This document shows positions 8,723 to 17,365 of a stretch of 64,000 nt of DNA, in pieces. The number at the start of each line of letters is the position of its first letter. The first letter of the stretch is position 1. Below the pieces are notes generated by a model. That model did no database searches, was not told the DNA's origin, and saw nothing but the letters and a program-made list of their open reading frames with translations. The DNA is from Candidatus Omnitrophota bacterium (GTDB taxonomy: Bacteria > Omnitrophota > Gorgyraeia > Velamenicoccales > JABMQK01), in assembly GCA_028711115.1 (NCBI GenBank), contig JAQTSV010000001.1, positions 646,032-710,031 of the forward strand, written 5' to 3'. The translations under genes and the position numbers were made by a program.

Positions 8723-9376
8723 ATGTGCCAAGCAACAAAATATATATTATTGATACTGATATTTCTTAGTATTGCGAATACTGGTTTTGCCCAGAGAGAC
8801 TGGGAATATTGGACACAGGAATCGTTTTCTATTCCTATAAAAGAAGGAATCAATCTGTTGGTGTTGCCTGAATGGAAGTTTAAAGACGATATGCACGACA
8901 TATATCAATTCAAACTCGAGAACGGGATATCATTTAAGGTAAATGATTATTTTGATATAACGCCATACTATGTCTATCAAGAGAAGAAATCGAGGAATAT
9001 GTGGGACAGATCGGATCTTGTTTATCTCGATGGTACGTTTAAAGTGCCTTTAAAAAACTTTTTTAATCTCAAATTTTCTAATCGTCTGCGTTACCAGTAT
9101 GATTTTGATAAAGCCAAAACAACCTGGAGAAATACTGTTAAGATTTCCAAGGCTTTAAAAGCGGGTAAGTTAGATGTAGAGCCATATTTTAGCGAAGAGC
9201 CATTTTATGATGCGAAATTAAATAGAATAACAGAACACAGGACCACGGTAGGCATCAATTGCCCCATATCAAAAAATATTTCTTTGGCAGTAGGTTATAT
9301 GCTGGATTCAAAGAAGGGCGGGGCTAAGTGGTCATACGCAAATGTTTTGGCGAGTAATTTAAATATTAAATTCTGA
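8723..9376 (+). CDS. Putative outer-membrane beta-barrel protein (DUF2490-like)
   Basis: 217 aa with signal peptide ending FAQ, alternating amphipathic strands and a C-terminal Phe. The family assignment is from memory only. Confidence 0.5.
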   Translation: MCQATKYILLILIFLSIANTGFAQRDWEYWTQESFSIPIKEGINLLVLPEWKFKDDMHDIYQFKLENGISFKVNDYFDITPYYVYQEKKSRNMWDRSDLVYLDGTFKVPLKNFFNLKFSNRLRYQYDFDKAKTTWRNTVKISKALKAGKLDVEPYFSEEPFYDAKLNRITEHRTTVGINCPISKNISLAVGYMLDSKKGGAKWSYANVLASNLNIKF

Positions 9377-9520
9377 AAGAAATATCATGCGTGTAATTTT
9401 AGAGAATTATGTAGACAAAAATAGATAAAGGTAATATGATAGAAAAACATAAGAACAGTATTTGTGGTAGATTACAATAGGGTCAAGGTTCATTCTTCCC
9501 CATTCATTATTCATATATAA

Positions 9521-10501
9521 ATGTACTTATTATTAATTTCACTGGTTTTATTGATGGCTGCAGCTGTGGGCTGGTCCATCGGCGCTAATGATGCTGCCAA
9601 TTCTTTGGGCACGGCTGTTGGCTCAAGAGTAGTAACATTAAAACAGGCGATTATTTTAATTGTCATTTTTGGTTTTTTGGGTGCTTATCTGCAGGGTGCT
9701 TACGTAACTAAGACTATCGGCAAAGGTATTGTACCTATAAATCAGCTTGATAAGACCCTGTCTTTGTATTTGGCTTTGGTGGCTACGTTTGCTGCTTGCG
9801 CTTGGGTGGTTTTGGCGACATACTGGAAGATGCCTATCTCCACGAGCCATTCCATTGTGGGGGCAGTAGCCGGAGCAGGCATGGCAATACATGCACCAGT
9901 TAAATTTAAGATTCTGGGCGATATATTTATTTGCTGGATTTTTACACCTGTGGGCGCAGCAATTCTAGGCTATATATTCTATCTGATCTTTAAAAATATA
10001 TTTTATAGAATTATACCACGTAAATATGTAAGAGTGACTTTAGCGATGCTTATCATTATAAGCGGATGCTATGTGGCTTATAGCTGGGGAGCCAATGACG
10101 TAGCCAATGCCACAGGCGTAATTGCAGGGGCAGGAGTGCTTTCCGCTAACGTTAGCGTGATATTCGGAGGCCTGGCAATAGTTCTAGGCATTATGACATG
10201 GGGATACAAAGTCATAGAGACTATAGGTTCAGAGATTACACATCTTTTGCCGCTTATGGCATTTTCTGCGCAGTTGGCCAGCGCCATCAACGTCCATATC
10301 TATACTGTTTTTGGCATACCTGTTTCCACAAGCCATTCTATTGTAGGCGCAATTTTCGGAGTGGGATTAGTAAGAGGTGTGCGGGTATTAAATCTGCGTA
10401 TTATGAGAGAAATAATTATCTGTTGGTTGGCTACACCGTTTGTTTCCGGAATAATTAGTTTTTTAGTTCTGAAAGGTATTTTAACTTTTGTAAAAATTTG
10501 A
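9521..10501 (+). CDS. pit: Inorganic phosphate transporter, PiT family
   Basis: 326 aa, polytopic, with duplicated GANDAANS / GANDVANA signature motifs. Confidence 0.9.
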   Translation: MYLLLISLVLLMAAAVGWSIGANDAANSLGTAVGSRVVTLKQAIILIVIFGFLGAYLQGAYVTKTIGKGIVPINQLDKTLSLYLALVATFAACAWVVLATYWKMPISTSHSIVGAVAGAGMAIHAPVKFKILGDIFICWIFTPVGAAILGYIFYLIFKNIFYRIIPRKYVRVTLAMLIIISGCYVAYSWGANDVANATGVIAGAGVLSANVSVIFGGLAIVLGIMTWGYKVIETIGSEITHLLPLMAFSAQLASAINVHIYTVFGIPVSTSHSIVGAIFGVGLVRGVRVLNLRIMREIIICWLATPFVSGIISFLVLKGILTFVKI

Positions 10502-10514
10502 AAAGGGGGCCAGT

Positions 10515-11183
10515 ATGAAAGAAACGAGAAATATTTTAGGATGGCTGGGAATGGCAGAAGAGCAGTCTATCTTAAGAGATGCCCAGAAACACGTCGAGGA
10601 AACCTACAAGACAGTTACTTATTTTGCCGAAGCTATCCGCGCATTTATCGCGGGAGACATCAGCAAAAAAGCCACTGCCATTGAGAATGTAAGACAGAGT
10701 GAGCACGAGGCAGATAAATTAAGATCTAAAATGGTCAAGGAATTATCAGAAGGCTTGTTGCTGCCGCCTGACAGGGAAGACCTTATGCATTTTGTAAAGA
10801 CTTTGGATAAAATCGCTGACTGGACAAATGGTGCAGCCAGAATTCTGGGTTTTGTTGAACATAAGCCTTCAGAAAACATTCTGATGAATATATCATCAGC
10901 CACGGAATTAATTGTCACTTCCATTACAAAATTAAAAGACTCCATACACTCGCTTACAAAAAACGACCTGAAGAAAGCACTGCAGGATTGTGAAGATGTT
11001 GATCGTATAGAAAGCGAGGCAGATGACCAGAAGAAAACATTGATTGAGGCAATTATACACGCAAAGCTGGAACCCACATCGCTTTTGTTATGCTATCAGT
11101 TAGCCGAATACCTGGAAGGCGTGACCGATAAGATAGAAGATGCCGCGGATTTTGTTAAGGTTTTGGCCATTAAGTCAAAATAA
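10515..11183 (+). CDS. DUF47 / PhoU-like phosphate-transport accessory protein
   Basis: 222-aa all-helical protein immediately after pit, with EADKLR and ESEADD repeats typical of the DUF47 family. Confidence 0.8.
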   Translation: MKETRNILGWLGMAEEQSILRDAQKHVEETYKTVTYFAEAIRAFIAGDISKKATAIENVRQSEHEADKLRSKMVKELSEGLLLPPDREDLMHFVKTLDKIADWTNGAARILGFVEHKPSENILMNISSATELIVTSITKLKDSIHSLTKNDLKKALQDCEDVDRIESEADDQKKTLIEAIIHAKLEPTSLLLCYQLAEYLEGVTDKIEDAADFVKVLAIKSK

Positions 11184-11432
11184 AGAGTTGTTGAGTTATT
11201 TGTTTTAAGCAACACAACTGATATTGTCAGTTCAATATGAGAATGATTTCTCCTGAGATTTGGTTTCCCCCCTGCCGTTTATTAGTCCAGATGCTAAAAG
11301 CTGCATTAAGAGATATCTACCCTTTGTCTATATCTGTTCTATTACTTGTTAAAATAAATAAGCGCATGAAATTAAATTACCAGCTTGCAGGCAATTTTAA
11401 GCCAGCCAAAATAATATTGGAGGGGTTTTAGA

Positions 11433-12950
11433 ATGACAAATAAGATAGGATTTGATAATGAAAAATATCTCAAGGAGCAAACAGCGGCTATTTTAGAAAG
11501 AGTAGAGAGATTTAACAATAAATTATATCTGGAATTTGGGGGAAAAATTATTTTTGATTATCATGCCTCGCGGGTCCTGCCAGGTTTTGACCCTAATGTC
11601 AAGATGAAACTATTGAAGAAATTGAGCAACAAAGCCGATATTATACTTTGCATTTATGCTGGAGACATAGAGCGGAAAAAACTGAGAGCGGATTTCGGAA
11701 TTACTTATGATGTGGATGCGCTAAAGTTGATCGATGATTTAAAAGAACGGGGTGTTCAGATTAGTGCAGTGGTTATTACTCGTTTTGAAGATCAGCCGGC
11801 AGCCAAGATATTCAAGAATAAGTTAGAGCGCCGGCATATAAAAGTACATACCCACAGGTTGATAAAAGGATATCCTGTTGAAGTAGATGCTATTGTCAGC
11901 GACGAAGGATACGGACAGAATAGTTATATTGAAACCGAGAATCCTTTGGTTATAGTTACCGCCCCTGGGCCGGGCAGTGGAAAGCTATCCACTTGTCTTT
12001 CGCAGTTATACCACGATTATAAAAGAGGCAAGAAATCCGGTTATGCCAAATTTGAAACATTTCCCATCTGGAATATACCGCTCAAGCATCCTGTTAATGT
12101 GGCCTATGAAGCGGCTACCGCAGATATCAGAGATTTTAATCTTATCGATCCTTTTCATCTGGAAGCATACAATGAAACAACCATTAACTACAACCGCGAT
12201 GTGGAAATATTCCCTTTGCTGCGCAGGATATTGGAAAAGATTACCGGTTCAGAAGCACCATATAAATCTCCTACGGATATGGGAGTGAATCGCGCCGGCT
12301 TCGGCATCATCGATGATGAAGTGATTCAGGAGGCAGCAAAACAAGAGGTCATTCGCCGGTTCTTTAATTATTCTTATGAATATGCCATGGGTTTCGTGGA
12401 TAAGGAGACAATACAGCGTGTAGAACTGCTTATGGAAGAGCTCAGTGTCAAACCTGAGAATCGGCGCGTAGTAAGTTTTGCACGTCAGGCCGCTAAAGAT
12501 GCAGAGAAGAATAAAAAAGGTAATGAAGGAATTTATTGCGGCGCAGCCATAGAATTGAAAGACGGCTCGATCATTACAGGAAAAAATTCTCCTTTAATGC
12601 ATGCAACCTCCAGCCTTGTGTTGAATGCCATAAAACATCTGGCAGAAATTCCCGACAAGATACATCTTTTGTCACTCAGCACCATAGAATCAATCAGAAA
12701 ACTTAAAGAAAATATCTCTAGTAAAAAGATAGTCAGTTTGAATTTAGAAGAGGCGCTGATTGCCTTAAGTATAAGCGCAGCGGCAAATCCTACTGCGCAG
12801 TTAGCAATGGAGAAATTAAAGGAGCTTCAGGGTTGTGAAGTGCACATGACACACATACCTACCCCGGGAGATGAGGCAGGATTAAGAAGATTAGGCGTTA
12901 ATATTACCATTGAGCCAAACTTTTCTTCCCAGTGGCTCTTCGTATCATAA
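11433..12950 (+). CDS. UPF0371 / DUF1846 family protein (function unknown)
   Basis: 505 aa with GGAGGGG SD. The N-terminus [20 protein letters not shown] and the overall length match my recollection of UPF0371 proteins. Confidence 0.75.
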   Translation: MTNKIGFDNEKYLKEQTAAILERVERFNNKLYLEFGGKIIFDYHASRVLPGFDPNVKMKLLKKLSNKADIILCIYAGDIERKKLRADFGITYDVDALKLIDDLKERGVQISAVVITRFEDQPAAKIFKNKLERRHIKVHTHRLIKGYPVEVDAIVSDEGYGQNSYIETENPLVIVTAPGPGSGKLSTCLSQLYHDYKRGKKSGYAKFETFPIWNIPLKHPVNVAYEAATADIRDFNLIDPFHLEAYNETTINYNRDVEIFPLLRRILEKITGSEAPYKSPTDMGVNRAGFGIIDDEVIQEAAKQEVIRRFFNYSYEYAMGFVDKETIQRVELLMEELSVKPENRRVVSFARQAAKDAEKNKKGNEGIYCGAAIELKDGSIITGKNSPLMHATSSLVLNAIKHLAEIPDKIHLLSLSTIESIRKLKENISSKKIVSLNLEEALIALSISAAANPTAQLAMEKLKELQGCEVHMTHIPTPGDEAGLRRLGVNITIEPNFSSQWLFVS

Positions 12951-12971
12951 TAACATCATGGAGGTGGAGTA

Positions 12972-14420
12972 ATGAGCGGAATTTTCGGTGTAGTCTCTAA
13001 AGATGATTGTGCGGAGATTCTTTTTTATGGCACGGATTATCATTCACATTTGGGCACCGAATACGGCGGAATGGCGGTGTTCGGGAAACAATTCAGCCGG
13101 CAGATACATAATATCAGCCAGAGCCAGTTTAAATCCAAGTTTTTCGACGACTATAAACACATGAAAGGCAACAAAGGTATCGGTGCGATTAGCGCCTCTG
13201 ATGAACAACCGATTTATCTTAATTCAAGGCTGGGCCCGTTCTGTGTAGTGACCAACGGATTTATAGAAAACAGCGAAGAATTAATGTCTCAGCTGCTGAA
13301 GAAGGGTGATTCTTTCAGCGAAGTCAGCAGAGACAAGGTTAATACCAGCGAGCTCGTTGCTAAATTAATCAGCCAGGGTGATGACATAATCGATGGCATA
13401 GAAAAGATGTTTACAATGATTAAAGGTTCCTGTTCGCTTTTACTGCTTAATAGTGAAGGGGTCTATGCAGCCAGAGACAGGTATGGCTATACGCCCTTGA
13501 TAGCAGGAAGGCGTCAGGACACCTGGGCGGTGACTTCTGAGACGAGCGCTTTTCCCAACAGCGAATTCGAAACGGTCAAATATCTCGGCCCGGGAGAAAT
13601 AATATTTATAAATGAAAGCGGCATGACAGAGAAAAAGGCCGCAGGAAAGACTAATCAGATTTGCGCCTTTCTTTGGATATACACCGGTTTTCCCGCTTCT
13701 AATTACGAAGGTATTAATGTAGAGATTGTAAGAGAAATGTGCGGCCGCTGTTTAGCAAAACACGACAAAGATATAGATGTGGATGTTGTCTCCGGAGTTC
13801 CTGATTCAGGAATCGCCCATGCCATAGGCTATGCCATGGAGTCAAAGAAACCATATAGGAGGCCGCTGGTAAAATATACGCCCGGCTATGGCAGAAGCTA
13901 TACTCCTCCGTCGCAAAAGACGCGTGATTTAATAGCCAAGATGAAACTTGTACCCATAAAAGATATAATTAAGGGCAATAGAATTGTAGTGTGCGAAGAT
14001 TCAATAGTAAGAGGCACGCAGCTCAAGAATTTCGCCATAAAGAAATTATGGGATTGCGGTGCCAAGGAAATTCACGTAAGGCCAGCATGTCCGCCTCTTA
14101 TGTTTCCCTGCAGATTCAATCTTTCCACGCGCACCATACACGAACTTGCTGCCCGCCTGGCTATCCGCAGTCTGGAAGGCCAGGATTTGGAAGACGTCCT
14201 AGAATATGTCGATCACACCACCAATAAATACAAGAAGATGGTGGATTGGATTTGCCGTGATTTAGGAGTTACCACGTTACGATATCAGACTATAGACGAT
14301 ATGGTAAAAGCTATAGGCCTACCCAAAGACAAGCTTTGTCTATATTGTTGGACTGGCCAATGTCCTGCATCAAAAGATTCAGATATAAAAAAAGAGACCA
14401 AAAGAGCCTGTGTGGTTTAA
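12972..14420 (+). CDS. Amidophosphoribosyltransferase (PurF)-like protein with non-canonical N-terminal domain
   Basis: 482 aa with GGAGGTGGAG SD. PRPP loop VVCEDSIVRGTQ, VPDSGIAHAIGYA, and Cys pattern resembling [4Fe-4S] PurF (CAFLWIY, PCRF, CLYC). The N-terminus is MSGIFG instead of MCGI(V/F)G. Confidence 0.8.
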   Translation: MSGIFGVVSKDDCAEILFYGTDYHSHLGTEYGGMAVFGKQFSRQIHNISQSQFKSKFFDDYKHMKGNKGIGAISASDEQPIYLNSRLGPFCVVTNGFIENSEELMSQLLKKGDSFSEVSRDKVNTSELVAKLISQGDDIIDGIEKMFTMIKGSCSLLLLNSEGVYAARDRYGYTPLIAGRRQDTWAVTSETSAFPNSEFETVKYLGPGEIIFINESGMTEKKAAGKTNQICAFLWIYTGFPASNYEGINVEIVREMCGRCLAKHDKDIDVDVVSGVPDSGIAHAIGYAMESKKPYRRPLVKYTPGYGRSYTPPSQKTRDLIAKMKLVPIKDIIKGNRIVVCEDSIVRGTQLKNFAIKKLWDCGAKEIHVRPACPPLMFPCRFNLSTRTIHELAARLAIRSLEGQDLEDVLEYVDHTTNKYKKMVDWICRDLGVTTLRYQTIDDMVKAIGLPKDKLCLYCWTGQCPASKDSDIKKETKRACVV

Positions 14421-14453
14421 GGGATAATATTATCACAGCTAATAAAATCAATA

Positions 14454-15371
14454 ATGAAAATGAAGAGGAAGATTGTCTTTATTGTAGGGCCTACGGCATC
14501 GGGAAAGACTAAGCACGCCCTGAAATTAGCCAAAAAGATAGGCGGAGAAATTATTTCCTGTGATTCAATGCAGGTTTACAGAGGATTGAATATTCTGAGC
14601 TGTAAGCCGTCTCGCAAGGAAAGAAAACAGGTAAAACACCATTTGATTGATATCATTAATCCCGATGATGATTTCAATGTCAGTAAATTCATAAAATTAA
14701 GCAGCCAATCAATAGAGAAAATTCACAGTAAAGGTAAGATTCCTATTTTTGCCGGCGGGACAGGATTGTATGCCGAGTCTCTATTGAACGGACTTTTCCA
14801 GGGCCCCGCAGCCAACCCTAAAATAAGAACAGGGCTTTATGAAAAAGCAAAAGCCTATGGCAGCAGTTATCTTTATAAAAGATTAAAAAAGATCGATCCT
14901 CAGGCCGCAGATAAAATCCATCCTCATGATTTAAGAAGAATTGTAAGGGCGCTTGAGGTTTATCAAGTTACGCATAAACCAATCACCAAATTACAGACAC
15001 ACAGAAGCGGCCTCGCTCAAGAGAAACGTTTTAAAAACTATATTTTTGGTCTTATTATGCCCAGAGAAAAATTATACACAATGATAGATGAGCGGGTTGA
15101 TGAGATGTTTAGACAAGGCGTAGTTAAAGAGGTATCAGGTTTATTAAGGAAGAAGTGTTCCCAGACGTTTAAGCAGGCTTTGGGAATCAGAGAAATTAAT
15201 TCGTATCTAAAAGGAGAGATTGATCTGGAAGAAGCAAAGCGTCTGTTAAAACGCAATACGCGCAGATATGCCAAGAGGCAAATGACGTGGTTTAAAAAGA
15301 ATCGCAGAGTCCGGTGGTTAGATAAAGGGATTTCCGGAAATTTAAAAGAGATGACAAAGGCAATTGTTTAA
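14454..15371 (+). CDS. miaA: tRNA dimethylallyltransferase
   Basis: 305 aa with GPTASGKT P-loop and DSMQVYRGLNI motif. Confidence 0.92.
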   Translation: MKMKRKIVFIVGPTASGKTKHALKLAKKIGGEIISCDSMQVYRGLNILSCKPSRKERKQVKHHLIDIINPDDDFNVSKFIKLSSQSIEKIHSKGKIPIFAGGTGLYAESLLNGLFQGPAANPKIRTGLYEKAKAYGSSYLYKRLKKIDPQAADKIHPHDLRRIVRALEVYQVTHKPITKLQTHRSGLAQEKRFKNYIFGLIMPREKLYTMIDERVDEMFRQGVVKEVSGLLRKKCSQTFKQALGIREINSYLKGEIDLEEAKRLLKRNTRRYAKRQMTWFKKNRRVRWLDKGISGNLKEMTKAIV

Positions 15372-15449
15372 TATTCGTTTAATTTAATTGATTTAGTAGT
15401 TTTATTGCGATAAAATTATAATAATAAGCTAGGAGGATTAAAGTTAAAG

Positions 15450-16850
15450 ATGAGGGAATTATTCGAGAAGGATAATTCGGATATGAGAGAGCTTCTTACG
15501 GATAAGCTTTTTTTGATGCGCAAGGTAAGGTTTGTGGCGGGAATCTGTATTGTGATTTGGGGTCTTATGCTTTGGTTTTTTGGCGTAGCCGGCTTTGACC
15601 CAGCTATGTTCTTTTTGGTAATTTTTTGTGAGACGTTTATAAATCAACCGTATGGGTTTGTTATCAATAGAATCAGGAATTTGAACTGGGTTATATTGTT
15701 ACATCAGATATTCGATGTAGCCCTAGTCACAATAGGTATTCATTTTATTGGCGGAAGCGACGCTTATTTTGCTATCATAATTTATTCTTTAATCATTATT
15801 TTCGCAGGAGTAATTGTTACCATCAAAAGCTCATTCCTTATAGCTGGTTTATGCTGTTTGGGCTATTTGACTATGTTTAATCTCGAGTCTTTAGGTATTG
15901 TGCCCAAAAAACCAATATTTAATTTCAATATAGCACCGCCGTTGAATGTTATTTTATTGATATTTATCTGTATGTCGTTATTTTTGATTGCTTATGTGAC
16001 TTCTTTTTTGGCGAAGATTATTATAAAAAAGAGCGAGGAATCAAAGGCGGCACTGGCCAAGCTTAAGTTTGCGGAAGATGTTATGTTCCAGGCAGAGAAA
16101 CTGGCTGTTGTGGGTCAGTTCGCCACGGGTATTATCCACGAACTCAAAAATCCCTTGGGTATAATTCTTAGCGGAGTAGAATTCCTGGAAAATGGAATTT
16201 CCGATACGGAAGACACCAAACATTCTCTTGGTAAAATAAAACAAAGTGCTATGCATGCAAATGAGATTATTAAGAATATCCTGAATTTCTCAAGGCCCTT
16301 GGAACAACAATTACAGATAGTGGATTTAAATGTAGTGATTAACGATAATATCAAATTGCTCAAGAATGTCTCTTTGGGGCATAATATAAAAATAGTAAGA
16401 GAATTTTCCCAGGAACCTGTCATAGTCAGGATTAATAACGGCCAATTTGAGGAATTGGTTTTTAATGTGATTAGGAATGCGAGTGAAGCCATGCCCAACG
16501 GCGGCAGGATTCTTATCAGGACCTATCGCACTGATTATCAGCAGAGAGGATTTAAATCCGGTTTTAGGGAGAGTTCTCGTTTTGTATTCGGGGAGAAAAT
16601 CGCCGTATTGGAAATTCAGGATGAAGGCGTGGGCATATCAGAAGAGAATATGACGAAGATTTTCGATCCTTTCTTCACCACCAAGCACAGAAAAGAAAAC
16701 GCTGGCTTAGGTTTATCCATCTGCCAGAGGATTATAGAGGCGCATAAAGGAGAAATCGAGGTAAAGAGTTCTGTCGGCAAAGGGACCATACTTATCATAA
16801 GGTTACCTTTATTTGAAGAGAAGAAAAGAAAAATAGAAATTGCCAATTAA
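15450..16850 (+). CDS. Membrane-bound sensor histidine kinase
   Basis: 466 aa with about 6 N-terminal TM segments, HELKNPL H-box, and N/G boxes (NASEAMPNGG, DEGVGI, GLGLS). A second in-frame ATG at 15483 is an alternative start. Confidence 0.85.
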   Translation: MRELFEKDNSDMRELLTDKLFLMRKVRFVAGICIVIWGLMLWFFGVAGFDPAMFFLVIFCETFINQPYGFVINRIRNLNWVILLHQIFDVALVTIGIHFIGGSDAYFAIIIYSLIIIFAGVIVTIKSSFLIAGLCCLGYLTMFNLESLGIVPKKPIFNFNIAPPLNVILLIFICMSLFLIAYVTSFLAKIIIKKSEESKAALAKLKFAEDVMFQAEKLAVVGQFATGIIHELKNPLGIILSGVEFLENGISDTEDTKHSLGKIKQSAMHANEIIKNILNFSRPLEQQLQIVDLNVVINDNIKLLKNVSLGHNIKIVREFSQEPVIVRINNGQFEELVFNVIRNASEAMPNGGRILIRTYRTDYQQRGFKSGFRESSRFVFGEKIAVLEIQDEGVGISEENMTKIFDPFFTTKHRKENAGLGLSICQRIIEAHKGEIEVKSSVGKGTILIIRLPLFEEKKRKIEIAN

Positions 16851-16879
16851 TAATTTAGATTATTTAATTGGAGGGATAA

Positions 16880-17266
16880 ATGAAAAAAAGGATTTTAATG
16901 ATCGACGATGAAGAAGATTTTTGTTATTTTACAAAAAAGAATTTAGAAAAAACAAGAGAGTTTGAGGTAATTTTCGAAAACAGTCCGGAAAAAGGTATTG
17001 CTACGGCCATCGAACAGAAGCCGGATTTGATATTATTGGATATTATTATGCCAGAAATGGACGGCAGCGAAGTGGCCTTTCGCTTGGTTAATGATGCCAG
17101 GACTAAGGATATACCCATTATTTTTCTTACCTGTTTGGCAGAGGAGAAGGAATTAGGCAGGTATGATGGTCTAAACTTAGTGGGAGGAAGGCCTTTCATT
17201 CCTAAACCGTGCCAGACGCCGGAGCTGGTAAGAGTGATAAAAGAGGTTTTAGAAAGAAAGAAATAA
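16880..17266 (+). CDS. Single-domain (CheY-like) response regulator
   Basis: 128 aa with acidic pocket DDEED, phospho-acceptor in LLDIIMP, and conserved T and K (FLTC, PKP). Confidence 0.88.
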   Translation: MKKRILMIDDEEDFCYFTKKNLEKTREFEVIFENSPEKGIATAIEQKPDLILLDIIMPEMDGSEVAFRLVNDARTKDIPIIFLTCLAEEKELGRYDGLNLVGGRPFIPKPCQTPELVRVIKEVLERKK

Positions 17267-17365
17267 AAAATTGGCAAAATTCACAGAACCAATAAATCCC
17301 AGCGGCAGTTTCTTTAGTTTAATTGATATTTTTCCCACCTTTTCAGGGTTTACCAGCGAGATTAA

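Noticed and set aside
9489-9515. Three TTCATT/TTCATA direct repeats just upstream of pit as a possible Pho box
   Set aside because: The spacings are 14 and 7 bp, not the ~11-bp periodicity of PhoB/PhoP boxes. The repeats also sit at the RBS position rather than at -35.
11237-11431. 64-aa ORF just upstream of the DUF1846 gene
   Set aside because: It has no SD, its composition is odd and matches no protein family, and it ends 1 nt before the real, SD-served start at 11433. I treated it as part of an untranslated leader.
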